Assembly: GCA_012965315.1 (NCBI GenBank) | Contig: DTSO01000030.1 | Location: forward strand, 26,691 to 90,690 | DNA from: Phycisphaerales bacterium | GTDB taxonomy: Bacteria > Planctomycetota > Phycisphaerae > Phycisphaerales > SM1A02 | Direction of reading: 5' to 3' | Length of the DNA: 64,000 nucleotides | In this document: one piece after another, positions 33,407-43,325 of the stretch | How the letters are laid out: the number at the start of each line of letters is the position of its first letter | Position numbering within the stretch: position 1 is the first letter of the stretch | Position numbers and translations under genes: made by a program | The notes under the pieces: generated by a model | Databases searched by the model: none | What the model saw: the letters and a program-made list of their open reading frames with translations, nothing else | Told to the model about the DNA's origin: nothing

Positions 33407-36270
33407 TAAATCACCATCCCAGTCATCCAGCACTGCATTAACTCATCTATATTCCAAGTTGCGGCTCCCAAATGTAACGCTTTTCCATCGTTGAATGAAC
33501 CAACAACTTCAATGGGGACTCCGTCAAAATGTTTTTGTATCTGTTCAATGTTTTCGGGTGTTACTTCAAGCAAATATCTAGATGCCGTTTCAGAGAAACA
33601 CAGCGATTCATTTTCAAGTTGTAAGTCAAGACCAAGGTTTCCTCCGAATGCCATCTCTGCGGCAGCAACAAGAATGCCACCCTCGCTGCAGTCGTGTGCA
33701 GAAACGACGAGCCCAGATTGAATTGCAGAATGCACAAACTTTGCATTTCGAGGACCATCTATTAATGATGTGGATGCGAGCTCGTTATCGCAGTTTGCAT
33801 CTGGGTCAATCATAAGCAAATGCGAACCACCCATTTGTTGTTTGGTTTCGCCGACAAGAACAAGTTTGTTGCCGGATGCTTTCGCGTCCATCGTCACGCA
33901 ATTGTCAATTGAGTCCACCATTCCAAAGCCCGAAATCAACATCGTTGGTGGAATGTAAATTGTTTCACCTGACTCAGTGGTGAATTGATTGTTTAGCGAA
34001 TCTTTGCCTGATATGAACGGAGTTCCGAATGCTTTCGCAGCGTCGTAACATCCGTGTGAACATCGAACAAGCCGCCCTAAACTTTCTTCATCTTTCACGC
34101 CTGGCCAACAGTAATTGTCCAGAATTGCAATTGTTGATGGGTCGCCACCAACACAAACAATATTTCGAACACATTCATCAATTGCAGCTGTTGCAATTAA
34201 ATATGGGTCGTCTGCGAGACCAGTTGCGAGGCCACTTCCGATTGCAAGGCCTTTATTTGAACCCCGAACAGGAGTAATTACCGCTGCATCTGAAGGCGCG
34301 CTTCCGGACGGACCTACGAAAGGACGAATAACACTTCTGCCTTGAACTTCATGATCATACTGTTGCACAATTGACTGTTTGGAAGCAATGTTCGGATGCG
34401 AAAGAAGTTTTGGCAACATTGTCTGAATGTTAATTTCGTTTGCACCTGCTTGCTTAACTGGCACGGGTTTCCAGTGGGCCGTTCTTGTTGCACCGTGGTA
34501 TCCCTCGTGCAAAAAGTGCATATCAATTTGCCCAACTATTTCACCGTCGTATTTTAAAATCAACTCGTTACCCGGCGTGCCGAATTCTCCTAAATCGCAA
34601 AGTTCGGCATCGTGTCGATCACAAATTTCTTGAATCGCTTTGACTTTTTCAGTGGGTACGGACAACACCATTCTTTCTTGCGCTTCACTAATCCAAATTT
34701 CCGACGGGGTCAGTCCCGGGTATTTTAATGGTGCTTGCTCAAGATTTACCGTTGCGCCTATTTTCTCGCCCATCTCTCCAACCGCACTTGAAAAACCGCC
34801 AGCGCCACAATCTGTTATTGCACTGAAGAGGCAACCAGATTCGTGGTCTCGTGCTTCAAGAATTGCATCGAGCGCTTTCTTTTCTGTAATAGGGTTTCCA
34901 ATTTGTACTGCGTGTGAAAATTCATCAGCATGTGTGTCTGTTAACTCTGCTGAAGAAAAAGTTGCGCCATGAATTCCATCTCTGCCGGTCTTTCCACCGA
35001 TGACAATAATACGATCGCCTTGCTGTGCATCACCTTCAATACAATCGATAGGCATCACGCCAACACATCCGCAATAAACCAAGGGGTTTCCTGCGTAATT
35101 GTTATCGAACCAAACACCACCGTTTATTGTTGGTATGCCCATTCGGTTACCGTAATCTCGAACACCACGAACAACTTCGCCCAATACACGGCGTGATGGA
35201 AGACAACCAGCGGGTGTTTCATTATCAAAATTTGCAACACAGAAAGTATCCGTTGCTGCAATTGGTCTTGCCGCTAAGCCGGTTCCCATGATGTCTCGGA
35301 TGCACCCACCAATTCCGGTAGCGGCACCACCGTATGGTTCAAGTGCAGACGGGTGATTGTGTGTTTCGACTTTAAAACAAACTGCGTGCTTGTCATCAAA
35401 TTTTACGATTCCGGCATTGTCAACAAACACACTCAAGCACCAATCTACTTCGCCGTCCATTAATTCATACGTTGCTGCAGCAACAGTGCTTTTTAACAAG
35501 TTGTGAATTGTGACAGAACCGTCTTCATGTTCTTCGTGGTTAGGACGGTTAATTGCATCTGGGCCTGTGTACCTGATTGTTGCTTTTAACGTTTTATGAA
35601 CACAGTGCTCAGACCATGTCTGCGCTAATGTCTCAAGTTCAATCTCGCGTGGTTCTCGCTTTAGATTTTTATAGTGTGTCTGGATTCCTTGCATCTCTTC
35701 TAAATCTAGAAAAAGATGAGAGTTTCTGGACATTGTTTCAAGTTCATTATCTGAAAGTTCAGAAATTGGAATTTCTGGCACAACCATATCGTGCGGGTGC
35801 CCTTTTGGAAATTCACTCGGGTGATATGGCGACGTATGGATTTCATGCACAACTGTGTTTGCAAAACAACGCCGAGCGAGTTTTTCCGCTTCGTTTGCAT
35901 CAATGCCGTGCAAGTCAAATCGACGTGCCGTTTGTACTTGTACTTTTGTGCCCAAGAGGCGCTCGATTGCGAGCTCAACTGCTTGTGCTTCAGGATCCAT
36001 CACGCCAGGTTGTGGGTGAATTTCAACCATTGAATCTGCGTGGGGTTCAGAAGAACCAATAATTACTTTTTCAGAAACTGGATTGCAGAGCAGTTCGCTT
36101 GCAATTAATTCTGCTGAAGCAATATCTACATTTCCCTCAACAAGGTAAACCGATGTTGTTTCGATTGTCGTAGGAGAAAAACCAACTTGTAGGGCTTGGT
36201 GCAGTGCGGCTTCACCTTGAGGATCTGAGCAATTGGCGGAAGGTGTGACTTCGATGCGAAACACTGTCAT
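33406..36270 (-). CDS. purL: phosphoribosylformylglycinamidine synthase PurL with N-terminal PurS-like domain (PurSL fusion)
   Basis: The first ~85 aa (MTVFRIEVTPSANCSDPQGEA...VSEKV) look like PurS. The remainder has PurL/AIR-synthase-like repeats (ETHNHPSALEPYGGAATG, DCGAGG). Confidence 0.92.
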   Translation of the reverse strand: MTVFRIEVTPSANCSDPQGEAALHQALQVGFSPTTIETTSVYLVEGNVDIASAELIASELLCNPVSEKVIIGSSEPHADSMVEIHPQPGVMDPEAQAVELAIERLLGTKVQVQTARRFDLHGIDANEAEKLARRCFANTVVHEIHTSPYHPSEFPKGHPHDMVVPEIPISELSDNELETMSRNSHLFLDLEEMQGIQTHYKNLKREPREIELETLAQTWSEHCVHKTLKATIRYTGPDAINRPNHEEHEDGSVTIHNLLKSTVAAATYELMDGEVDWCLSVFVDNAGIVKFDDKHAVCFKVETHNHPSALEPYGGAATGIGGCIRDIMGTGLAARPIAATDTFCVANFDNETPAGCLPSRRVLGEVVRGVRDYGNRMGIPTINGGVWFDNNYAGNPLVYCGCVGVMPIDCIEGDAQQGDRIIVIGGKTGRDGIHGATFSSAELTDTHADEFSHAVQIGNPITEKKALDAILEARDHESGCLFSAITDCGAGGFSSAVGEMGEKIGATVNLEQAPLKYPGLTPSEIWISEAQERMVLSVPTEKVKAIQEICDRHDAELCDLGEFGTPGNELILKYDGEIVGQIDMHFLHEGYHGATRTAHWKPVPVKQAGANEINIQTMLPKLLSHPNIASKQSIVQQYDHEVQGRSVIRPFVGPSGSAPSDAAVITPVRGSNKGLAIGSGLATGLADDPYLIATAAIDECVRNIVCVGGDPSTIAILDNYCWPGVKDEESLGRLVRCSHGCYDAAKAFGTPFISGKDSLNNQFTTESGETIYIPPTMLISGFGMVDSIDNCVTMDAKASGNKLVLVGETKQQMGGSHLLMIDPDANCDNELASTSLIDGPRNAKFVHSAIQSGLVVSAHDCSEGGILVAAAEMAFGGNLGLDLQLENESLCFSETASRYLLEVTPENIEQIQKHFDGVPIEVVGSFNDGKALHLGAATWNIDELMQCWMTGMVI

Positions 36271-36308
36271 AATGTGTGTAGGGTACCAGAGGTAGAACTG
36301 ACGATACC

Positions 36309-36764
36309 ATGTATACCATGACGAATCTTCCTACTTTTATTTTGTTTACTGACGGTGCGTGTTTAGGCAATCCAGGACCTGGTGGCTGGGCATATATTTT
36401 GCGAAATGATGCTGGAGAAATAGTTGGAAGTGGCGGCGACCCTGACACTACAAATCAACGAATGGAAGTAACCGCAGTGCTTAGAGCACTTGAGTCATTG
36501 AAAGAACCGTCCGTAATCGAAATTCATGCTGACAGCCAATATGTGACCAAAGGGTTGACGCAATGGATGGATGGTTGGATTGCCAAGGGCTGGAAAAATG
36601 CGCAAAAGAAACCCGTTGCAAATCAAGATATATGGAAGCCCCTCTCGGAGCTCCGTGAAAAACACCAAATCACAACAATTTGGGTGAAGGGCCATTCCGG
36701 TCACCCAGAAAATGAACGTTGCGACACCATTGCTTCCGCAGAAGCTGAAAGATTTTCTCAGTAA
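36309..36764 (+). CDS. rnhA: ribonuclease HI
   Basis: TDGACLGNPGPGGWA, TNQRMEV, W(V)KGHSGHPENERCD motifs. Confidence 0.93.
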   Translation: MYTMTNLPTFILFTDGACLGNPGPGGWAYILRNDAGEIVGSGGDPDTTNQRMEVTAVLRALESLKEPSVIEIHADSQYVTKGLTQWMDGWIAKGWKNAQKKPVANQDIWKPLSELREKHQITTIWVKGHSGHPENERCDTIASAEAERFSQ

Positions 36765-36956
36765 CGGGTGAGTGCGAATATCGAATTTTTACTGCACTAA
36801 TTCCGTGTTCATTACATCTAATGCCCTTTTTGGCACCGTTTTTAGATTGTCCCCATGGAACTGGGCCAATTATTTTCGCCAATTTATCACCAAAATATTT
36901 GTCGATTCTGTTTTCGACTCATTTTGCCCGTTTTCAACTGGCTTGGCCGTGGATGG

Positions 36957-36984
36957 TTGCTTCTCTCGCTAGTATTGGTATGAT
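36957..36984 (+). promoter_or_regulatory. sigma70-like promoter candidate for rpsL (TTGCTT - 16 nt - TATGAT)
   Basis: -35 at 36957-36962 and -10 at 36979-36984, about 50 nt upstream of the rpsL ATG. Based on pattern only. Confidence 0.4.
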
Positions 36985-37034
36985 ACGTGGCTCGCCTGAT
37001 GGAAGACGAATAACCTCAGAACTCGGAACTACTT

Positions 37035-37406
37035 ATGCCAACAATCAACCAACTCGTACGAAAACCAAGAAAGACCCCAAAGGTCAAATCCAAGGTTCGT
37101 GACCTCGAAGCAAGCCCACAAAAACGTGGTGTCTGTTTGCAGGTTCGTACTGTAACTCCTAAGAAGCCGAACTCCGCGCTTCGAAAAGTTGCACGAGTTC
37201 GTTTATCTAATGGAAAAGAAATTACAGCATACATTGGTGGCGAAGGACACAACTTACAAGAACACTCCATCGTGCTTGTTCGTGGCGGACGTGTTCGTGA
37301 CCTTCCTGGTGTTCGATACCACGTTGTTCGCGGCGCACTTGACACACTTGGTGTTGATGCTCGCAAGCAAGGTCGTTCCAAATATGGAACTAAGAAGAGT
37401 AAATAA
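37035..37406 (+). CDS. rpsL: 30S ribosomal protein S12
   Basis: [12 protein letters not shown]...[16 protein letters not shown]...[15 protein letters not shown] is near-universal S12 sequence. Confidence 0.98.
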   Translation: MPTINQLVRKPRKTPKVKSKVRDLEASPQKRGVCLQVRTVTPKKPNSALRKVARVRLSNGKEITAYIGGEGHNLQEHSIVLVRGGRVRDLPGVRYHVVRGALDTLGVDARKQGRSKYGTKKSK

Positions 37407-37412
37407 TCAACC

Positions 37413-37436
37413 GCGCAATCTTATGTGAGATTGCGC
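37413..37436 (+). promoter_or_regulatory. 9-bp perfect hairpin in the rpsL-rpsG spacer (candidate S7 autoregulatory or processing structure)
   Basis: GCGCAATCT (37413-37421) pairs with AGATTGCGC (37428-37436). A second hairpin, GGAATTT-GAAA-AATTCC, lies about 20 nt downstream. The regulatory role is inferred from E. coli str-operon S7 feedback. Confidence 0.3.
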
Positions 37437-37534
37437 AAGCAAGTAATCGTGCTCGTGGAATTTGAAAAATTCCAGTATGAGGCACGGTGAACAAAGTCAC
37501 AATTCGGTGACAGATGAGCTGAAAGGAAGAAGCA

Positions 37535-38035
37535 ATGGCTGGACGAATCACAAAATCAGAAGAACAACTAAAACCAGATCCAAAATTTGGTGACAAGGTT
37601 CTTGCAAAATTTATTAACTGTTTCATGAAAGATGGCAAAAAAGCTGTCGCACAAAGAGTCATGTACGATGCACTCGACCGTATTGAGGCAAAACTCAAAA
37701 AAGAAAAAAGCACTGACGATGATGCTCCGAAAACATCCATTGATATTTTTCACAAAGCACTCGAAAATGTACGACCAAATGTCGAAGTTCGTTCAAAACG
37801 AGTTGGCGGCGCGAACTACCAAGTTCCAATGCCTGTTAACGCGCGTCGTCGCCAAAGTTTAACGTTCCGATGGATTATCGTTGCTTGCCGTGCAGAAAAG
37901 GGTAAACCATTTGCACAGTGCCTTGCAAAAGAACTTTGGGATGCATCAAAAGGCGAGGGCAAAGCAGTTAACACGCGTGAACAAACTCACCGCATGGCTG
38001 AAGCTAACAAAGCGTTCTCACATTTTGCGTTTTAA
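37535..38035 (+). CDS. rpsG: 30S ribosomal protein S7
   Basis: KFINCFMKDGKKAVAQR, VEVRSKRVGGANYQVP, AHRMAEANKAF(S)H motifs. Confidence 0.96.
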   Translation: MAGRITKSEEQLKPDPKFGDKVLAKFINCFMKDGKKAVAQRVMYDALDRIEAKLKKEKSTDDDAPKTSIDIFHKALENVRPNVEVRSKRVGGANYQVPMPVNARRRQSLTFRWIIVACRAEKGKPFAQCLAKELWDASKGEGKAVNTREQTHRMAEANKAFSHFAF

Positions 38036-38063
38036 TTGGACATCATTTAAAGTAGCTTAAATT

Positions 38064-39104
38064 ATGGTTACTCCTGATCGTTACCACCGCCAACGGCTCG
38101 TCGATGGCATCGGCGATGAGGGTCAGTGTGCCATTATCAATTCGACTGTCGCTATTGTTGGCGTTGGTGCACTTGGTTGTATGTCTGCATCAATCCTCGC
38201 AAGGGCTGGTGTTGGGAATTTAATTCTAATTGACCGTGACATTGTTGAAAAAACAAATTTGCAACGACAAATATTGTTCACCGAGGAAGATGCAACCACA
38301 CAACAACCAAAAGCGACTGCCGCGGCAACGCGACTTTCCGCTGTAAATAGTGACATTTCCATTACTGCACATGTTGAAGATTTAACTGCAAGAAATATCG
38401 ACCGACTTCTTGCTGGAGTTGACGTCATCGTTGACGGGCTTGATAATTTTAATACTCGATATCTACTCAATGACTACGCAGTAAAAACAAATACTCCATT
38501 CATGTTTGCTGGGGTAATTGCAAGTCAAGGAAATGTGATGTCAATTATTCCTGGTGTAACACCATGCCTTCGTTGTCTGTTCCCCGACCCGCCAAAATCG
38601 AGTGAACAAGATACCTGCGACACCCTTGGTGTACTCGCACCGGCAATTGGAATCGCTGCATCATGTCAATGTATGGATGTCCTAAAATTTTTAACTGGAA
38701 ATCAAGATAACATTTCCCGAACGATTCTTACGTTTGACTTGTGGAACACGGTTAGTAATCGAATTTCATGCGACGGTCCGGTAGATAACTGCACATGTTG
38801 CCACCAAGAACAGTTTGACTTTTTAGCAGCACCTGTCAGCGAACCCGTTGCTCTTTGCGGAAAACTTGCTGTATCGCTTCCAAGCCCTGAACATTTTGAC
38901 TTACATGCCACAGCAAAAAAACTTCAGGAACATGGCTCGTTTGAGTGCTCAGACACGATGATTCGCGGAGAATTTCACGAAGAGCAAGCAGCAGACGGAA
39001 CTGCAATTAAGTTACTCTGCTTTCATAATGGCAGAGCCATTATTCACGGCACAGATGACATTCGCCGCGCAAAGGCGATTTTCGAAAGATATGTTGGAAA
39101 TTAA
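38064..39104 (+). CDS. thiF: ThiF/MoeB-type adenylyltransferase, Bacillus ThiF-like long form
   Basis: RYHRQ..., the nucleotide loop GVGALG, NLQRQ, and CxxC...CxxC zinc sites. The C-terminal LLCFHNGRAIIHGTDDIRRAKAIFERYVG closely resembles my recollection of the B. subtilis ThiF C-terminus. Confidence 0.75.
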   Translation: MVTPDRYHRQRLVDGIGDEGQCAIINSTVAIVGVGALGCMSASILARAGVGNLILIDRDIVEKTNLQRQILFTEEDATTQQPKATAAATRLSAVNSDISITAHVEDLTARNIDRLLAGVDVIVDGLDNFNTRYLLNDYAVKTNTPFMFAGVIASQGNVMSIIPGVTPCLRCLFPDPPKSSEQDTCDTLGVLAPAIGIAASCQCMDVLKFLTGNQDNISRTILTFDLWNTVSNRISCDGPVDNCTCCHQEQFDFLAAPVSEPVALCGKLAVSLPSPEHFDLHATAKKLQEHGSFECSDTMIRGEFHEEQAADGTAIKLLCFHNGRAIIHGTDDIRRAKAIFERYVGN

Positions 39105-39134
39105 CTAATCGAACCCTATACTGTGAGTTCAACT

Positions 39135-40013
39135 ATGGAACAACAACCAATTATTGAAACAAAACCCATGAATCTTCCAACCTGTTTGGATGGTCCGGTG
39201 ACGCTTCGTACATTACGACGGTGGTCTAAAGCAAATACAAAATGGGCGATGCTTACTTGTTACGACGCGACCACTGCACGGTGGATGGCTGAAGCTGGAT
39301 TGCCAACACTTCTTGTTGGCGACACTGCTGCTGAAATGATTCTTGGTTACGACAGCACAATTCATGCTCCGCTTGATTTTTTAATCACAATCACTGCTGC
39401 AGTAAAACGGGGAGCGCCAAATTGTTTTGTCATGGGCGATATGCCTTTTTTAAGTTATCAAGTTGACGAAGCCTCTGCAATTCAAAACGCTGGCCGTTTC
39501 TTAACCGAGGGAACTGCGGATGCTGTCAAACTTGAGGTAGATGGAAAATGGGTAGACCGATTTGCTGCAATTTGTAATGCGGGAATCGCAGCGGTTGCTC
39601 ACCTTGGTTCAAGGCCACAGCAAGCAAAACAAACCGGTGGTTATATAACCGCGGGTAGAAATGCAGAAGCTGCAAAACAAATTGTTGAGGATGCAATTGT
39701 TATGGAACAGGCGGGTGCTTCAATGCTTTTACTTGAAGCGGTTCCAGAAGAAGTTTCAAAAGCAGTTGTCGCTGCAACTTCTATTCCAGTAATCGGGTGT
39801 GGCGCAGGAACAGACTGCCACGGACAAGTTGTTGTCATGCAAGACCTCGCGGGATTAACTAAATGGCAACCTTCGTTTGCTAAACCAACTGCAAGTATTG
39901 GAAATGAAATTGCCAGCGTCGCAAAAACATGGATGAACAATGTTAACGCAAGTACTTTGGGTAAACATCCTTATGGCATGCGTGATGGCGAATCTGAAAA
40001 GTTTCAAGCGTAA
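39135..40013 (+). CDS. panB: 3-methyl-2-oxobutanoate hydroxymethyltransferase
   Basis: LLVGDTAAEMILGYDST, GDMPFLSY, VKLE and HLG..PQ motifs. ATG 39135 or GTG 39123 could be the start. Confidence 0.9.
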   Translation: MEQQPIIETKPMNLPTCLDGPVTLRTLRRWSKANTKWAMLTCYDATTARWMAEAGLPTLLVGDTAAEMILGYDSTIHAPLDFLITITAAVKRGAPNCFVMGDMPFLSYQVDEASAIQNAGRFLTEGTADAVKLEVDGKWVDRFAAICNAGIAAVAHLGSRPQQAKQTGGYITAGRNAEAAKQIVEDAIVMEQAGASMLLLEAVPEEVSKAVVAATSIPVIGCGAGTDCHGQVVVMQDLAGLTKWQPSFAKPTASIGNEIASVAKTWMNNVNASTLGKHPYGMRDGESEKFQA

Positions 40014-40777
40014 CTTGACGCAATCAGTTCCTTTGTAATTTCGTGTGTGGGATTTTGAATTACGTCGTTCACAGCGCCGCTTTCAACAATTTTCCCATTC
40101 GCCATTACAAGTACTTTGCTGCAAAACTCATTTATAACCGCAAGGTCGTGCGAAATAAATAAAATGGTTAACCCCAATTCATCGCGAAGGTTTGAAAGCA
40201 ATTTTAAAATCTTCGCTTGCACAGTTACATCTAATGCAGAAGTAGGTTCGTCACAAACGAGTAATTCTGGATGAATTGCGATAGACCGAGCAATTGCAAT
40301 TCTTTGTTTTTGACCGCCAGAAAATTCGTGTGGGTAGCGTTTTGCATCTTTGGGTTCTAGACCAACTTGATTCAATAGTTCTTCAGCCCTCTTTTGTAAC
40401 TCTTTGCCTTTTGCAATTCCATGCACAAGCAGTGGCTCTGCAATAATTTTTCCAACTTGCATATATTCATTCAGCGAACCGCCTGGATCCTGAAAGACCA
40501 TCTGGGTGCGTTTACGAATGTCGCGGATTTCGCTTTTAGACATCTTTGTTAAATTCTGACCGTCGAATAGAATTTCTCCGCTATTGGGAGCGATAAGTTG
40601 CATCACGGCGCGAGCAACCGTTGATTTCCCTGAACCACTCTCGCCAACGATTCCAAGCGTCGTTCCACGATCAACCGAGAAGGAAATCGAATCCACCGCC
40701 GTAATCGCATTTTTCCCGTGTGGGAATGTTACTTTTAGGTCACGAATTTCAAGTAGTGGTCTGTTGTTGTCCATCAT
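40004..40777 (-). CDS. ABC transporter ATP-binding protein (OppF/DppF-like), no permease or binding protein nearby
   Basis: Walker A GESGSGKST, signature FSGGQKQR, Walker B LLVCDEPTSALD. ATG 40777 (MMDNNRPLLEIRDLKV) is preferred. Confidence 0.88.
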   Translation of the reverse strand: MMDNNRPLLEIRDLKVTFPHGKNAITAVDSISFSVDRGTTLGIVGESGSGKSTVARAVMQLIAPNSGEILFDGQNLTKMSKSEIRDIRKRTQMVFQDPGGSLNEYMQVGKIIAEPLLVHGIAKGKELQKRAEELLNQVGLEPKDAKRYPHEFSGGQKQRIAIARSIAIHPELLVCDEPTSALDVTVQAKILKLLSNLRDELGLTILFISHDLAVINEFCSKVLVMANGKIVESGAVNDVIQNPTHEITKELIASSYA

Positions 40778-40813
40778 CTGCTGTAGGTATGGTATCTTCG
40801 ACAACCAATAACC

Positions 40814-41608
40814 ATGAAACAATATTTAGATTTATTACAACATGTTCGTGACCACGGAGCCACCAAAGATGACCGCACTGGAACTGGGACCAAAAGTGTC
40901 TTCGGATGGCAAATGCGATTCAATTTGGCTGATGGGTTCCCGCTTGTTACAACCAAAAAAATCCATACTCGCTCCATTTTCCACGAATTACTTTGGTTTC
41001 TTCGTGGAGAAACGAACATTTCGTACCTAAAAGAAAACGGTGTCTCCATTTGGGATGAATGGGCAAATGAAAATGGTGAACTCGGCCCAGTTTACGGTTC
41101 ACAGTGGCGGTCTTGGAAAACAACAGATGGACGATCTATCGATCAAATCACAAAACTCATCGATGGGATTAAAAACAACCCAGACTCGCGAAGGCATATT
41201 GTTAGTGCATGGAATGTCGGCGAAGTAGATCAAATGGCGCTACCGCCATGCCACACAATGTTTCAGTTTTACGTTGCAGACAACAAACTTTCGTGCCAAC
41301 TGTATCAACGCTCTGCTGATATTTTCCTTGGCGTTCCATTTAACATTGCGTCGTATGCTTTACTCACGATGATGATTGCACAAACAACTAATTTAGAATT
41401 GGGAGATTTTGTACATACTTTTGGCGATGCTCATTTGTATTCCAATCACATTGAACAAACAAACGAACAACTTTCAAGAGATATTCTTCCGTTGCCAATA
41501 GTAAAATTGAATCCAAATATTTCATCTGTCTTTGATTTTACCTATGACGACATTGAACTCGTCGGCTACGAACCACACCCACATATCAAAGCGCCGGTGG
41601 CGGTGTAA
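40814..41608 (+). CDS. thyA: thymidylate synthase (ThyA)
   Basis: MKQYLDLL..., DRTGTGT, LPPCH(T)MFQFYV, QRSAD(I)[14 protein letters not shown]. Confidence 0.97.
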   Translation: MKQYLDLLQHVRDHGATKDDRTGTGTKSVFGWQMRFNLADGFPLVTTKKIHTRSIFHELLWFLRGETNISYLKENGVSIWDEWANENGELGPVYGSQWRSWKTTDGRSIDQITKLIDGIKNNPDSRRHIVSAWNVGEVDQMALPPCHTMFQFYVADNKLSCQLYQRSADIFLGVPFNIASYALLTMMIAQTTNLELGDFVHTFGDAHLYSNHIEQTNEQLSRDILPLPIVKLNPNISSVFDFTYDDIELVGYEPHPHIKAPVAV

Positions 41609-41611
41609 CGA

Positions 41612-42091
41612 ATGGAATTAATTGTTGCGATTACAGACAATTATGTAATTGGTGCAGGGGGTGATATGCCTTGGCATCTCCCCGCAGATTTACAACACTT
41701 CAAAAAAATTACATCCGACCACGCTGTTGCAATGGGAAGGCGAACTTGGGATTCGATTGGTAGGCCTCTGCCCAACAGACTAAACATTGTCATTACTCGA
41801 CAAACGGATTACGAAGCGAATGGTGCAACCGTTGTACACTCAATCGAAGATGCCGCACAAGTTGCGGGCGAAGAGGGATTGTTCATCATTGGCGGTGGAG
41901 AAATTTATCGCTCTGCAATAAACGGAGTCTCACTGATGCACATCACTCGAATTCATACAACGATAGAAGGTGATACTTTTTTCCCAAAAATTGATGAGAC
42001 AATTTGGAAACGAACTGACGTTTTGCATCGACAAGCAGATGAAAATAATACACACGATTTATCCTTTGAAGTGTGGGCTAGAAGGCAATAA
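41612..42091 (+). CDS. folA: dihydrofolate reductase
   Basis: IGAGGDMPWHLPADLQHFKKIT, MGRRTW(D)SIG, IIGGGEIY. It lies immediately downstream of thyA. Confidence 0.93.
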   Translation: MELIVAITDNYVIGAGGDMPWHLPADLQHFKKITSDHAVAMGRRTWDSIGRPLPNRLNIVITRQTDYEANGATVVHSIEDAAQVAGEEGLFIIGGGEIYRSAINGVSLMHITRIHTTIEGDTFFPKIDETIWKRTDVLHRQADENNTHDLSFEVWARRQ

Positions 42092-42142
42092 AACCATCTT
42101 CTGATTCTGCCGAGTACATCCTGCCGATACTCCATAAGCGAA

Positions 42143-42379
42143 ATGGTGAAACCACAACCACAACTTTCAACACTGCATTGTTGCCCATATATTGAAGACG
42201 GTCACGCTGCGTGCTCTAGTCGCTTTACTCTTGGGCGGCTTGACCAGGCGTGTAGTGTTTGTTTTGGTTCGTACAAATCCTGCGCGATGTACCAGCAACT
42301 TGCTGGTGTTACTTTTAACGCTTCTCTAGACATGACAATCAATGGCCACGTTATCGAACTACGACCAACAGGTTCGTGA
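42143..42379 (+). CDS. hypothetical Cys-rich small protein, 78 aa (weakly supported)
   Basis: 6 Cys plus His (HCCPY, AACSS, ACSVC, KSC). No obvious SD. The 3' end overlaps the xerD start by 38 nt in another frame. Confidence 0.3.
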   Translation: MVKPQPQLSTLHCCPYIEDGHAACSSRFTLGRLDQACSVCFGSYKSCAMYQQLAGVTFNASLDMTINGHVIELRPTGS

Positions 42380-43259
42380 TTTTTTTGGTTACCTACGGGT
42401 AGAAGCCGGATTGTCGGTATCGACACTCGATGCTTATCGTTGTGACCTTGATTTATTGCGTGAAAGTTTAATTGCTGAAGGAATAGTTTGTTGTGCTAAT
42501 GTCACTCCAAAACACCTCGCTACACACATTCGTTACTTGCACCGAGATCGTGGCTTGCAAACATCAAGTGTTGCACGTCACCTTTCAACTATACGAATGT
42601 TATTTCGTTTTTTACAGGCGTCACATCGAATTGAAAGTGATCCTGCAAGATTATTAGAAACACCGACTAGGTGGCGACGCTTGCCTGATGTTTTATCGCC
42701 GAAAAAAATGAAACAACTTATTGAAGCTGCAAATCCTAAATTCGGTCGACTGTGGCAACGTGATAGAGCACTTGTTGAATTAATGTATGCGGGCGGAATG
42801 CGCGCAAGTGAAGTTGCTGGCATAAAACCAACTGACTTTAAAGAAACGTTAGCCGTTGTTATGGTCACGGGCAAAGGGAACAAGCAAAGACTTGTGCCAA
42901 TTGGTAAACCCGCCATTAGCGCCATTCAACAATACGTTGAAGAACTTCGTCCAAAACTATTGCGATTTGATGACGGACGAGATAACGGTCTCTTATTACT
43001 TTCAAATACTGGGCGGCCCCTTGAAAGGGTAGCAATTTGGCAGATTATTCGAAAGTTAGCGAAGAACGCTGATCTTGGAGAAGTGCACCCGCACACACTT
43101 CGGCACAGTTTCGCAACCCACATGCTTGCGGGTGGCGCTGACCTTCGTGTTGTTCAAGAATTACTCGGGCACAGCGACATCGGCACAACGCAAATTTATA
43201 CGCATATCGACCGATCGCAACTTAAAGCAGTTGTGGCAAAATACCACCCTAGGCCTTAA
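42342..43259 (+). CDS. xerD: site-specific tyrosine recombinase XerD/XerC
   Basis: N-terminal SAM-like domain (FFGYLRVEAGLSVSTLDAYRCDL). Catalytic RHRH-Y context (GMRASE, HTLRHSFATHML, LLGHSDIGTTQIYTH). Confidence 0.88.
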   Translation: MATLSNYDQQVRDFFGYLRVEAGLSVSTLDAYRCDLDLLRESLIAEGIVCCANVTPKHLATHIRYLHRDRGLQTSSVARHLSTIRMLFRFLQASHRIESDPARLLETPTRWRRLPDVLSPKKMKQLIEAANPKFGRLWQRDRALVELMYAGGMRASEVAGIKPTDFKETLAVVMVTGKGNKQRLVPIGKPAISAIQQYVEELRPKLLRFDDGRDNGLLLLSNTGRPLERVAIWQIIRKLAKNADLGEVHPHTLRHSFATHMLAGGADLRVVQELLGHSDIGTTQIYTHIDRSQLKAVVAKYHPRP

Positions 43260-43325
43260 AAACGTCGATTTAAACTCCCATCAGGTTCCCCACGTCGGGT
43301 ATGACGCTGAGTATGATGGGTAAAT

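Noticed and set aside
42342-43259. Tyrosine recombinase as a marker of an integrated mobile element
   Set aside because: The sequence has the XerD/XerC housekeeping signature and length. It sits between folA and ordinary genes. I saw no flanking direct repeats, tRNA target or phage/transposon genes.
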